Shown piece by piece: positions 14,401-27,860 of a stretch of 53,808 bases of DNA. The position numbers were made by a program, and so were the translations under genes. Position 1 is the first letter of the stretch; the number at the start of each line of letters is the position of its first letter. The stretch comes from Nemertoderma westbladi. Lineage: Eukaryota > Animalia > Xenacoelomorpha. The stretch is from positions 1-53,808 of the forward strand of contig JAUCBJ010004003.1 in assembly GCA_032718475.1 (NCBI GenBank), written 5' to 3'. The notes below the pieces were generated by a model. It did no database searches. It saw nothing but the letters and a program-made list of their open reading frames with translations, and was not told where the DNA came from.

Positions 14401-14679
14401 ACAGCTTTTGCTGTCGCCGCATTAAACACATCTTTTTCATCAAATCCTTTCTTGACATCTGGATAAGCGTGAATTTCTGTCTGACTCATTGGGATGTGCG
14501 CAGTTTTTACTAAGTTTCTTTTTTTCCAACTTCCATCATCTTGTAAATCCAATACCGGTACTTTACATGATTTCACTATAGATTTTTTCACAGATCCGGG
14601 AGGATTACGCAGTTCTGAAGCACCCACTGGAGTTGAGGCTGAAGGAGCCGAATCAGTGGTTATACCTGGAGTAGGAGCC

Positions 14680-15270
14680 TGGTCAGCCTCAGTGGGTTTA
14701 CCTGGAGTAGGAACTGAATCAGCACGTTTACCTGGAGTAGGAGCCCAGTTAGTGGGTTTGCCCAGAGTAGGAGCCGATTTAGTAGGCTTACACAGAGTAG
14801 GAGCCCATTCAGTAGGTTTAAATGTAGTAGGAGCTAGGTCTGTTGATTTACCCAAAGTACCTGTGCCCAGATGGGCGAGTTTCCTCGTAGCTGGAGACAG
14901 GTCGAAGGGTTTACTCGGGGCTGGAACCGGATCAGCAGGTTTACCCGGAGCTGCTACCAGATCTGCGGATTTAACCAAAGCTGGAGCCAGGTCTGCGAGT
15001 TTACCCAGAGCTGGAACAACGAGTTTACCCGGAGCTGGATCGATGGGTTTACCCAGAGTGGGTTCGACCAGTTTACCCTGAGCTGGATCAATGGGTTTAC
15101 TCAGAGCTGGATCGATGGGTTTACCCGGAGCTGGATCGACAAGTTTACCCGGAGCTGGATTGATGGGTTTACCCAGAGAGTTGGATCAACAAATCTCCAC
15201 GGAGCTAGATCAACGAGTTTCCCCGGATCAAGAGCCAGATCGGCGTGTTTGAACGGAGTTGGAGCTGGAC
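14680..15270 (-). repeat. Degenerate coding tandem repeat (about 24-33 bp; PAPGKPxDx-type Pro-rich units)
   Basis: Repeated gtttacccggagctgga / ggtttacctggagtagga; translates as PTPGKP/PAPGKP units upstream of the Ulp1-like domain. Confidence 0.75.
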
Positions 15271-15897
15271 AGGCAGACATACCACAGTAGTGGGGCCTAC
15301 TACTAATCTTGATTTTTTCTGGTGAATCGGGATTTAAGTAAACCGGTGCTGGAACTAGGCCTAACAAGTTAATTGACGTCACTTTATTGTCGTATTTAAA
15401 TTTAGCCAACAACTCTGTAAGGTTTAACGCAGCAACTGGTGTGCCAGTGCCAAAACGAACCGGCGAGTCCCGAGTACTGATTACGAGGTGTATGGCCGAT
15501 GGTGACGAATTGGGACTAACAGTACCGGTGCCAGTACTAGACCTAAGTGGCGTTTTAATAGCGCCAGTATCGCCCCAACTGACGATACCCGTACCGGTAT
15601 TCGATAAGTTCGCCATTTCGCGTGGTGGCATCGAACCGATATGTCCAGCAACATTTACCCCTGGTCCACCAGATCTGCAGAGAGTTGGTGAACTCAGTAC
15701 TTGCCCTTGACTCCTTGTAAAAAGGTCAGACTAGCCTTGATCTAGTTTAACTTGCAGGCATGTTTAAACGGGTTCAACCCTAAAGAGAGGATTGTTAATT
15801 TCACTTCTGGTTATTTTTATAATACAGGGCCTTGGGCCGCCAGATATCAACCCTAGTCTATGCTGTAGGCTTAATTGCGTTGTCATTTATAAATTAG

Positions 15898-18800
15898 TGT
15901 TACTAATATTACTATCGGTACATAATTCGACATAATTTCGAGGCGCCATCATTCCGGTAAATTATTTCTACGGTTGCAAGTCGCCCATTGTAGTTGTACA
16001 GTGTTATTTAATATTAAACCAGAGTTCGCTAACATCAGAATGATTTATGTGTCCACCTCCACCTGATTTTGACTTTTACCGTGAGTCAGAATAAATACCT
16101 ATTTCGTCCTGTTGAATCAGCGTGTGTTGCTAAAAATAATCCAATACTCAACTCAAACAATTAATTGTCAACAGCACATTGGTATTTCTTTGATTCATAG
16201 TTGAAGGTGTTTGAACACCCAATTACGGTGAGGAATGTTTAAACAGATTAATATTTTTGAAGCAATTCTCCCTGCGTTATATTAATATTTTAGTTTCATA
16301 TTCGGTGCAATACATACTGTATATATAATAGATTTCATCTTTAGTTGAGCTGTTTATTATAATCCCATTAACCGGGTTAGCTTGATGTTAGTTTGATAAT
16401 CAAACAGTTTAGTTTGATAACTAAAAAAAGTGTTTGATTGTGATTTGATTTAATTATATACAGTATATATATCTATATATTGTTCATTTTTTGATTATAT
16501 TAATATATATTATACAATAAAGCATAAAATGTCACACAGTATGCTAAATGACTCAAAAAATATCTCAAATAGTTCAGATGAACATGAACCAATAGAATCA
16601 GGTTCTGACACTGGTGGAAGTGAAATATCCAGTGCCAGAGGACCTGAGGTTCCACTTGGAGACAACTCTATTTTAGTACCGATTTTGATTCCAACTCAGG
16701 AAATGAGATTAGGGAAGGCCTGGAAACTAGTATTCTCGATCAGACTGTAATTGTAGAAGACCGTGAGTCTACAGTCAAGGGTCGAGAGAAACAAAAACTA
16801 TTAATAACAAAGGCTTTGTCCCGGTTTAGCAAAGCATTTAAACCCCTTGGTTTTTAGTTTAAGTGAAGAATACCTAGGTGGAGCAGAATATGCTGACCTA
16901 GACAAATACCAGGCCAATATAGAGGACTTAGAAATAAAACTGAGACGGGAGTTAGAAAACATTGTTTTTGAGGCCCTTCCCGATCAAAAGGATTTTTTAC
17001 AGGGCAGATCTGCTGAGAAATTATCAGTATCTATCTGGCAAAGACTGAACCACTGAAATCTCAGATTAGATTTCACCAAGACATGATATTTAAAGAGGTC
17101 ATTCCACTGACCTCTTTGGACCTTCCAGCTTTGAGTCACGAAGGAAAGTCTGTAGTAGTCTGTAGAAAAACTTTATCTGGAAAAAATGATAATAGTAAAC
17201 CCAACTCAAAATCGAATTCTGAATCTTTTAAAAGTTTGAATTTCCCTAAATCCGATACTGGGTCTGTTCTAAAATTGACTAATAAAAAAATAGTTACTAA
17301 TTCTAGAAAGAGTGGTAGTCAACATGTGGAAGTAGATACACGAGTAGCGTAAGTTCCAGATCCTCATCTACTCGTGCCAGGATGTCTACTGTAGAACAAG
17401 AACAAGTAGAAAAAGAAAAACTAGCCAAAGAACAGAAACTTATAAGTTCAGTAATTGAGGCTGAAAAACTACAACAGGTGAAATTAAAATAATTAAGGGA
17501 TCGTAATCAAAAAGTTGCAGAACAAAATCAAAAGTCAAATTAAGATGCTGAGAGAGCTTTATTAATCCAACAAGAAAGATAATTAAGAATTGAGCAACAA
17601 AAATTGGCAGCGCAAGAAGAAGAGTTAAAAAGGGTAGAAACTGAGCACTTAGAACCAAACAGGAAGCCAACAAAAACAGGAAATTGGCTGAACAGGAAGC
17701 ATATGAGAAAAGAAAATTAGCATTAAAATTGGTGGAACAGAATAAGAAAGAACAGGAAGCAAATCGAAAATTAGCTGTTGAATGGGAAGATCAAAAAAGG
17801 GAAGCTGCTCTAAAAATTGAAAAGAAATTGAAGGAAGAACTAGAGCAGGGAAAAGCTAAAATAAAAGAATTAAATAAAACGTTTGAGAAAAATGAGAAAG
17901 AGAGAGCAAAAATCAGGGAAGCTGCTGCTAAAAGACAAGAACAATTGGACGAACAACAATTAAAACAAAGTAAAATCAGCCGAGATGCTATTTTCCAAAG
18001 TCAACTATTAAAAATTGATGTAGAAATGGAAAAAGAGAAACTTCTAATTGCTGAAAAGTATCAGACTTCTGGGTCAGGTGGAAGTGAAGGTTCTATCAGA
18101 TCTGGAAAATTCCTGGACCCCCTTACATCTACTAGAATAGGAGAGTCCTTAGGACCACTAAGACAAGAGATACCTAAGGTTTTTACTAGTACAAAAGATA
18201 TATTTGGCATGTCTAACATCACACCTTTTGACAGTATCTATCACCAACACCACATAGAAAAAATACAAACCCCTTGAAAAATGTTAATTCCTGAGTTGTC
18301 TGATGAGCCTTGGGAAATGAGACCCATATATGTCAGTCCTATTGTGCGAGATAAAGACATGTTAACTGGAGACACTAATGCTATTTTACCGGGAGTTTAT
18401 GACCCAAATCCAGACCTTCCAGAATTTTTATCCCCAGAAAAAGTTCAGATATCTATCGGAAGAATACCCTGGTATGGACATCCCAGCAAAGAGGGACAGG
18501 CTATATGGCTACTCAGAGAACCCCAACCATCAGTGATGACAGAGAGACCTCCACCTCAACTTCCTGGTCCACAAATTAGACCTCCAAAAATTCCCATAAA
18601 AATATAGGAAATGAGGCATTAAAATTACCACAACCCCCTATACATGAAAGACATGTTATTATTATTAATGATATTTCCCCAAGTAAAAAGATCAAACAGT
18701 CATCATTGCGTACTTCTAACAATGTTTTGACGAGTCAAGTTTCTGCAGCAGGAGCTCCTGATCCACCTGATTCGCCATCGAGAGATAAGGCTAAAAAGGA

Positions 18801-20110
18801 GCTTCCACCCCCGACTGACAAAAGGGAGTACCACAACAAGGATTGGCTGCAAATCAGCCACTGGTCTCAGAAAGATTTTCGACAATAGATTTGAGGGATA
18901 AATTAGAAAGAGAAAAAGAACAAAACCGAAACCAAAACCAAAACCGAAACAAACAGATTTTGGAGTCTGGAGAAGCCTTAAAACCAACTGTAATCACTAT
19001 GGAGTCTCAAACTCCAGCAACAGTTTTAGATCCACCTGATAAAATCACAAAGGAAAACCTTAATCCAACTATAGGGTTAATGACCTTACCAAATCCAGAA
19101 TATAGATGAAGCGAATCATTCAAACCTGTTAATTTTAATAATCCCTATTCAGTATCTGAAAAGGTACAGACACAGGCTATAGATGACTCCGATAAATTAC
19201 ATTTTGTAAATCCCCTTTTTGCACCTAAAACTAATATGGAGATTAGTTTAGAACAACAATTACTAAGATCAAATCAAGCAGTTTCAGAATTACAATGTAA
19301 ATATAGCAACTCCATGTTACAACATGCTGAAAGAAATGAAAATGAAGACAAAATTATCCATTAAATAGGGGATCTGAAGGAACTTCTCAAAAAAGTGAAT
19401 ATTAATTCAAAACATTCTGACAATCGAAAAAGACCTGATTGAAGGAGTCGTAGTTATGTTCATCATACTGATCAAAATGATTATAATCGGGATCAGTTTT
19501 GTTCTGACTCAAATGATAATTATAGAAGACGAGGCAATGATTTATTACCACATGATCAGATTCGTGGTTGGCGAAATACTGTTTCAAATCAAAATTATCA
19601 ATCAGATGGAAATCCACATTCTGATAATCACTACCAGGGTTATAATCGAGTTATGGTCGAGAACAGTACTTATCGACCTACAAATGCTAGAAACCAAGGC
19701 TGTGATCAATCAACTGTCATGGATAATGTCCAAAGACGGTGAAAAACAACAGACACTGATAGTGAATCATCAGGTTCAGAAAGAAAAAGAAACCCAAGAG
19801 AGAAACTGGATACACTCCTTCAGGAGTGGACCCTAAAGACACAGATGGGAAAGATTTGTCTTTCTTCAATGTCAGCTACAGAGATTAAAACTTGAGTCAT
19901 GTCCTTTCTCGAATGGATGCAGGTTGAAGTTTACCTCAACTCCCGATGTTGCGTTATAATGGAAATGCTGGTGGCTGGATTACCTTTATTGAAGACTTTT
20001 CGACTGCAATGGAAGGGTTAATGTTGTCTCCCAAAAATTGATTGCGTTATCTGATTGCTTCACTGAAAGATCCACTGAAACATCCACCGAAGAGACTAGC
20101 AACCTGCTAT
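15898..20110 (+). mobile_element. BEL/Pao LTR retrotransposon remnant (possible 5' LTR about 15898-16175 plus decayed gag; pol absent)
   Basis: Long broken coiled-coil/Pro-rich/Arg-Asp-rich reading frame 16529-19870, ending in SLPQLPMLRYNGNAGGWITFIEDFSTAM..N*LRYLIASLKD (19928-20073), which fits the Pao gag DUF1759 pattern. A TGTT...CAACA segment with AATAAA followed by TTGGT may be the LTR (weak support). Confidence 0.65.
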
Positions 20111-20229
20111 GTGGGTACATTTAGGGGGTATCATCGGAATAAAAATAAAAAGATAGAAAGTAAACAGATAGATATAAAATATATAATAGATATAGATATC
20201 TATAATAAATAATAGATATATAATAGATA

Positions 20230-22798
20230 TAAAATAAAAAGGAAGTTAAATATTTAGGCGCCACATTGGATAACTGCTTATCAGGAGAAAGTACAGTGAA
20301 AAATATTTTCTCAAAATTTAACAGTAGGCTTAGGTTTCTATACAGAAATAAAAATAGTTTAAACACCGACTCCCGGAAGTTACTTTGCTCTGCTTTAATA
20401 CAGTGTCACATGGACTATGCGTGCTCTTCTTGGTATGAAGGCTTAACCCTATTAGTACCGGGCTATAAAATGTTGTACAAATACCGGGGAGGGGTCATAT
20501 TGACCCCCCCCCCTCTAAAATCTACAAATATTTACGAAAACGTCTGATTTTTTGTTTGTACGTAGGTATCACTTGTCTGGATCCGACCGAAAAAAAAAAT
20601 TTTCGAAAAAATGTAGTGGGGTGGTTATATTGCAGCACCAAAATTACAAGTAGTGCACAATTTTCACCAAATTTGAAAGTTACATTTTCGGCTAATTATT
20701 TTTCAATACAGGTTTTCTGGGGTGCAAAATACATTGGAAAACATTAAAAAATGATATGATTACTATAAATGGCTGTTTAGTCCTCTCTGCGTAGGAAAAA
20801 AATGAAAAAAACAAGTAACCAGCACTTTTCAGTTAGAACACAAAATTTGTAATTCACTTATACGATGCTATAAGTTCACATTTTCAGGTTTTCGAGGGCG
20901 CTGATTCTAATGGAATACATTTATAATATGCCAGATCATTGCTACTTGTATTTTTCGGCGTAATTTGGCAAATTTTGGTGCTAGCACCAAATTTCGTACC
21001 CATCACCAAAAAGTACAAGTTTGCGATGTCCAGTGCTGTTTTTATTGATTCCATCGGATTCAGGACCCTCATAAACCCGTATAACGCAAGAAACAAGGTG
21101 ATACTATCTACTTATCAATTTGCATATTTTCCAAAATTTGGTGCTGGCACAACAATTTTCACCCACCGGCGAAAAATACAAGTTTGAGAACTCTTATGAA
21201 ATTTTTACTGATTCCATTGAATTCAGAACCATCACAAACCCGTATAACGCAAGAAACAAGGTGACACAATCAATTGATATATTCGATGGTTTTCAAAATT
21301 TGGTGCTAGCACCAAATTTTGCACCCACATCCGAAAAATACAAGTTTGAGATGTCTAGATCGATAATTATATTTTCCATTAAATTCAGAACAGCCATAAA
21401 CCTCTAAAACGCAAGAAATAAATTGTCACAAGCAATTTTATCTATTGAATGGATTTTCAAAATTTCGTGCTAGCACCAAAATTTGCACACAGCACCGAAA
21501 AATACAAGTTTGATACGCTTGGTGCAACTCGTATATATTTCATCGAATCCAGAAACCCAAAAAACCCCAATTGCGTAAACAACAAGTTTCAAACTATCAA
21601 TTTACAAAATTGACTTATTTCGAAATTTGGTGCTGGCACCAAAATTTGGCACCCACCGAAAAAAACAAGTTTAAAATTTCTAAATCAATTTATATGAATT
21701 CCATCAAATTTCTAACACCAAAAAACCGGTGTAAATCAAAAATAGAGATGTTACAATTCATATTTAATGAAATGTAATTTTCAAAAAACGTCTCAAAAAA
21801 AGTGCCAAAAGTAGGGTTAAAATATGGTGCTATAACTCGAAAAGTACCCAATATTTTTGAAAACGGTTTTCACTACTAGGAAGACAATAGATTTTTAGGA
21901 AAAGTCATAAAATTTCAGATTCCCAACTGCGTTTGTTTCAGAATTATAATAAAAAAACCACGGGGGGGGTCATATTGACCCCCCCCCCCGGGTTTAATAG
22001 GGTTAACCAAACAGCTTAAATGTAAATTACAAGTAGCTCAGAATAAGGTAGTACGATTTATTAAAGACTACAAACCTTGGCACCACCTAACTCCAGATGA
22101 CTTTTCTGAATCTGGACTACTTAACTTAGATAGTAGAGTTAAGCAGCTACGCCTTAACCATGTGCATAAAGTGTATAATGGGTAAATGTCCCAATTACCT
22201 AAAACAAAAATTCAACAGAGTACGCGATATACACTCTTACAGTACCAGAGCTAGTGCTTCAAACTTTTACCTTCCGAATTGTAAATCCTTCGAATCATCG
22301 AATCAGATACTTTCTTTTTTAACAGCATTAAAAATTGGAACGCTCTGCCTAATGATGAAATTAAAAACCTAGATAATCAACATTCTTTTAAGTCTGCAGT
22401 TAAATCTCACCTCCATGTGCAATGTAAAAATAGGTTCAATAGTCCTACAGTGCTACAGTAAGTTATTAGTTTATTAATTATTTACTATTTATATTGTAAT
22501 TACGTTTTTAATAAATTGTTCTGTACATTACATCTTTATCGTTGAGTCGGGCATTGTCACGCTCTCGGTAAAGTTGTACATGTACATAGTGTAAATACGT
22601 TTTATATTGGTTTTAGGTTAGCGTAGTGTAATATTGTATTTGTATCCAAGTAACATAAAGGACCCCCTTGGAAATAAGCTGCAAAGCTTTAGGAGTAATC
22701 CTATATGTTATGTTGGACAATACCTTTATACCGGTACATTGTTTGGTGTATTTGTTATTGTTTTTACATAATGTATAAATAAATCTATCTATCTATCT
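20230..22798 (+). mobile_element. 5'-truncated L2/Crack-like LINE 3' end, split by a DNA transposon
   Basis: EVKYLGATLDNCL...LIQCHMDYACSSWYEG joins in frame to LTKQLKCKLQVAQNKVVRFI...HSYSTR..WNALP once the insert is removed; 3' UTR ggacccccttggaaataag and tail aaataaatctatctatctatct. Confidence 0.88.
20447..22002. mobile_element. Non-autonomous piggyBac-type element (1556 bp)
   Basis: TTAA on both sides (20443-20446, 22003-22006); termini CCCTATTA.../...TAATAGGG; subterminal ggggtcatattgacccc palindrome at both ends; internal tandem repeats of about 180 bp (about 20960-21700); no transposase. Confidence 0.92.
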
Positions 22799-23289
22799 GG
22801 TTGATGTTGATGTCCCAGGTTTGCTTCTTGACACGAGCATCTTGTCTTTCTCCTGGAGGATCGGCCATGGGTGTTTTCGGGTTTCCAGGGCAACGTCTAT
22901 CTGGCAATTTGTTGGGTCTGGTGAGTGTTAAGCTTCTTTATTTGGTCAACAGCATTATTAGGTTAATTATACAGTTTAAGTTGGTGTCATTGTTGGTCTC
23001 CACGGTCAGGGCGCATTATCACACGGTGGTATTAATACATAGTCTCACTAAACATTGATAGAATGTATTGTTTTGGTTTTGTTTATAATAACTCCTGTTT
23101 AATCGCAAATTTAAGAATTTCAATAAACCCATTAACATTATGGTGGTGAATTGAATATAATAGCCTAGGTTACAGTTAGACTACTCCCATGAATACCATT
23201 ACAGCAGTAGAGCATATAATTTAAATGTATACGCCTACATATATTCTGATTGATACTTACTTGATGTGTTCAGTGACCAAGTACTGTAT

Positions 23290-25013
23290 ATGGCTTCAAG
23301 GAGGGCACTATTTGAAAATGTTTGTTGGGAAATTATTGGGGTGTGATGGAGGAAATCAACCAACATGTTTGCGGTGCCCAAAAAACTGAGAGTGAAAGTG
23401 CTTCTAGGTCTATCAAAAATGATTCTAAACTAAGCATATGTCTCAATCATCCAGGCATTTGAAAATCTATAAGGCGACTAAAAAATAGTGACGTGGAATG
23501 GCGAAGTACAGTTATGTGACGTTCTCTTTTAAAGTTTGTCATGAGCGCGGTCGTCCTCAGCCTATTTGGAACCTGCTGGGGGAAGGATCGAAATTACGAA
23601 TTGCAGTTCAAATGGATGCAAGTGATGAAGACACAATTAAAGAGGTTGTTTCGATTATATTTCCCTTAAACGGTGAAAACAAGCTTCGTCAATTGGAACT
23701 ACCATTTGCCAGGACCCAGTACTATCACTTCACCTTAGTGAATCAGGACAATGATGATTTAGCCATGGTAGTTTGCAAGAGTACTGTGCTCCGAGATGTG
23801 TTGAGTCCGGCAATCGCCCCATTGTTATTGGGTACACAAAACCGAAACCAAATGTAGGCCCAACATTGAACAGTGGTTCCTCATCATTGATCAGTAGTTC
23901 TACAGATAATCAGCCGATAATTCCCCTGCCTATCGAGAATTCTGATGGCTGATGTTTAATGTCTAGTATGTTAAAAAAAACTCAGCCACGTAGTGAATCT
24001 GTTTGTCTCAGTTGTCCTAATTATATTGAATTGGCTGTACCAGAAGAGGTTGATCGTTTGAAATCGCCTGACGATTCGCTAATAGAATGCTTAGAAGAAG
24101 CTGTTTGACTATCTCAACCTACTCCATTGTCCCGTGAGGAATTTGCTAGTCGATCCATTGCCCACTTGGATAATATTAATACAAATAATATTGATCTTGT
24201 TAATGTTGACAAGTTTCCTGTCCAACCTTCAGGTAGTAATGGCCTTACAAATCAACATGATGAAGTTGAATGTTTTGGTGATCTTTCAGAGGGTGGTTCG
24301 ACACCTGCTAGGGTTATTAATGTTAACATGTGTTCAGTTCAACTTTTGCATAGTAATGAAGTTTCATTTTTTACAAGGCATTACATTACATTCATACATT
24401 AAAGGAAACGTTGAAATCGAGTTTATTGGCTTGTAAACAGTTCGATAAAGTTTATGTGGTGATAGATATCCCAAGGAGTCGAGTTAGCGAGAGTATTTAC
24501 GAATTCATGGAGGAAGAAGTTATTAAGACACCAAATATAATGGTCAACTTTATTTGAGAAGAAGCTGTTGGCAGTGGACCACTTCATGAAATGTTTACAG
24601 AGTTCTTCCGCTACCAGCCTTCGTGTCTGATTTGTGGTAGTTATCCCTTTATGACCTTGTATCACAACTTTGAAGATTTAAGTAAATTTAAACAAATGGG
24701 TCACATTACAGCATTAGCTTTAATCAATGGTGAGCCAGGACCACACTGCTTCACCATATCTGTCACTAAAGCGATACTGGGTCTTCCACATAGTCCCACC
24801 ATTGATGAAGTCCCTAAAGATGAAGGTACCGCACAATTACAGGCACTGTTAGATGCTGAAGATGACAAACCATTTTCAGATGTGCTGGAAACATTCGACC
24901 TTTTCGATATGGCCTTATTGAAGATGAAGGTCAGCTTAACTGACAAAGTAAGTGTTATTAACAGTCTCTGTCGACACTTAGTGATTAGTTCTATCAGTTC
25001 TAAAAGTGATTAG
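23290..25013 (+). pseudogene. Intronless G2E3-like HECT-domain pseudogene, copy 2, truncated
   Basis: NIMVNFI*EEAVGSGPLHEMFTEFF and FKQMGHITALALINGEPGPHCFT align with copy 1 and with the HECT N-lobe; many stops. Confidence 0.75.
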
Positions 25014-25145
25014 TTCTAACAACTCTTTCATAAACCAAACTCATTCGATCACGTGACCTGTATTTGTTTCGGAACTGCACTCAATCGAACGACAGTAAGA
25101 GACAGAAATTGTATTAAAGTAAAGTTTAACCAGTTCCTTAAAAAG

Positions 25146-27350
25146 CGAGGGTCTGACCTCCAATGGGTATAGGGTTCATGGATGGGGCCAGTGTGCGAAG
25201 GTCTGACCTCCAAGGGGTCTAGGGTTCGTGGATGGTGCCAGTGTACGAGGGTCTGACCTCCAAGGGGTCTAGGGTTCATGGAAGGTGCCAGTGTACGACG
25301 GTCTGACCTCCAAGGGGTCTAAGGTTCATGGATGGTGCCAGTGTACGAGGGTCTGACCTCCAATGGGTCTAGGGTTCATGGATGGTGCCAGTGTACGGGG
25401 TCTGACCTCCAAGGGGTCTAGGGTTCATGGATGGTGCCAGTGTACGAGGGTCTGACCTCCAAAGGGTCTAGGGTTCATTGATGGTGCCAGTGTGCGAGGG
25501 TCTGACCTCCAAGGGGTCTAGGGTTCATGGATGGTGCCAGTGTACGAGGGTCTGACCTCCAAGGGGTCTAGGGTTCATGGATGGGGCCAGTGTGCGAGGG
25601 TCTGACCTCCAAGGGGTCTAGGGTTCATGGATGGTGCCAGTGTACGAGGGTCTGACCTCCAATGGGTATAGGGTTCATGGATGGGGCCAGTGTGCGAAGG
25701 TCTGACCTCCAAGGGGTCTAGGGTTCGTGGATGGTGCCAGTGTACGAGGGTCTGACCTCCAAGGGGTCTAGGGTTCATGGAAGGTGCCAGTGTACGACGG
25801 TCTGACCTCCAAGGGGTCTAGGGTTCATGGATGGTGCCAGTGTACGAGGGTCTGACCTCCAATGGGTCTAGGGTTCATGGATGGTGCCAGTGTACGAGGG
25901 TCTGACCTCCAAGGGGTCTAGGGTTCATGGATGGTGCCAGTGTACGAGGGTCTGACCTCCAAGGGGTCTAGGGTTCATGGATGGTGCCAGTGTGCGAGGG
26001 TCTGACCTCCAAGGGGTCTAGGGTTCATGGATGGTGCCAGTGTGCGAGGGTCTGACCTCCAAGGGGTCTAGGGTTCATGGATGGTGCCAGTGTACGAGGG
26101 TCTGACCTCCAAGGGGTCTAGGGTTCATGGATGGTGCCAGTGTACGAGGGTCTGACCTCCAAGGGGTCTAGGGTTCATGGATGGTGCCAGTGTACGAGGG
26201 TCTGACCTCCAATGGGTATAGGGTTCATGGATGGGGCCAGTGTGCGAAGGTCTGACCTCCAAGGGGTCTAGGGTTCGTGGATGGTGCCAGTGTACGAGGG
26301 TCTGACCTCCAAGGGGTCTAGGGTTCATGGAAGGTGCCAGTGTACGACGGTCTGACCTCCAAGGGGTCTAGGGTTCATGGATGGTGCCAGTGTACGAGGG
26401 TCTGACCTCCAAAGGGTCTAGGGTTCATTGATGGTGCCAGTGTGCGAGGGTCTGACCTCCAAGGGGTCTAGGGTTCATGGATGGTGCCAGTGTACGAGGG
26501 TCTGACCTCCAAGGGGTCTAGGGTTCATGGATGGTGCCAGTGTACGAGGGTCTGACCTCCAAGGGGTCTAGGGTTCATGGATGGTGCCAGTGTACGAGGG
26601 TCTGACCTCCAATGGGTATAGGGTTCATGGATGGGGCCAGTGTGCGAAGGTCTGACCTCCAAGGGGTCTAGGGTTCGTGGATGGTGCCAGTGTACGAGGG
26701 TCTGACCTCCAAGGGGTCTAGGGTTCATGGAAGGTGCCAGTGTACGACGGTCTGACCTCCAAGGGGTCTAAGGTTCATGGATGGTGCCAGTGTACGAGGG
26801 TCTGACCTCCAATGGGTCTAGGGTTCATGGATGGTGCCAGTGTACGGGGTCTGACCTCCAAGGGGTCTAGGGTTCATGGATGGTGCCAGTGTACGAGGGT
26901 CTGACCTCCAAAGGGTCTAGGGTTCATTGATGGTGCCAGTGTGCGAGGGTCTGACCTCCAAGGGGTCTAGGGTTCATGGATGGTGCCAGTGTACGAGGGT
27001 CTGACCTCCAAGGGGTCTAGGGTTCATGGATGGTGCCAGTGTACGAGGGTCTGACCTCCAAGGGGTCTAGGGTTCATGGATGGTGCCAGTGTACGAGGGT
27101 CTGACCTCCAAGGGGTCTAGGGTTCATGGATGGTGCCAGTGTACGAGGGTCTGACCTCCAAGGGTCTAGGGTTCATGGATGGTGCCAGTGTGCGAGGGTC
27201 TGACCTCCAATGGGTATAGGGTTCATGGATGGTGCCAGTGCACGAGGGTCTGTCCTCCAAGGGGTCTAGGGTTCATGGATGGTGCCAGTGTACGAGGGTC
27301 TGACCTCCAAGGGGTCTAGGGTTCATGGATGGTGCCAGTGTGCGAGGGTC
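25146..27350. repeat. 50-bp GC-rich satellite, about 44 copies, with recurring variant blocks
   Basis: Unit gagggtctgacctccaaggggtctagggttcatggatggtgccagtgtac. Confidence 0.97.
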
Positions 27351-27860
27351 TTTACGATTTAAGATTTTTTAATTACAATTTTTTTCCAAGTAATATAAAT
27401 TATAATTGAATGTACAAAAAAATATATTATTCTTTCACATTGTATTACTTGCAGCAGAAATAATGTAACAATATTTTCGCAATGCGATTGTATGATACGA
27501 ATGTGGTGGTGGGGAGTAGGTGTAAAACACGGATCCAGATACGGATTCCAAAATTATCAATTAAGGGAAAGGAGGAGGTTACAGTGGCACTTCAGTTATA
27601 TAAGCCAGACGTATTATGAAGTATTATTAAAATTCTTATGTAACCCTAACACTAAGTCATAAGGCTTTAAATATAAAAATTATACAAAATGTATTACAGT
27701 ATATTAGACCTACCCCCCCCCCCCCCTCGCTCAATATGTTAATAAATTAATGAAATAAAACAACTTATAAATGTGGCTAAAACTCAAATGGATAACAATC
27801 TGAGTCAAATGTAGAATACCCACACAGTTCTGGAGAGTCTTGTAAATCAGCACAATAAAT

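Larger units (their letters stand above)
8800..15800 (-). mobile_element. Decayed non-LTR retrotransposon (APE + RT; RTEX/Proto2-like) with a long ORF1 region; ends approximate
   Basis: APE motifs FNVHG, LAIQEHWL, GVAIL and NISDHAPV (about 11150). RT motifs LDISAAFDNVSH, RGVKQGSFISPILFNLY (about 9820-9870) and SYADDL (about 9745). Upstream coiled coil (13073-13363) and RRM-like FYVDGIHLSCTDRDM...FWSTGIMCR (12263-12811). Confidence 0.88.

Noticed and set aside
14494-15710. Plus-strand Gly/Ala/Val-rich ORFs
   Set aside because: Antisense shadows of the Pro-rich minus-strand repeat region.
22799-22920. GC-richer exon-like segment beside the LINE tail
   Set aside because: Strand and frame are ambiguous and no motif was recognised; not supportable as a feature.
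25049-26728. Repeated MNPRPLGGQ ORFs
   Set aside because: Translations of the 50-bp satellite.
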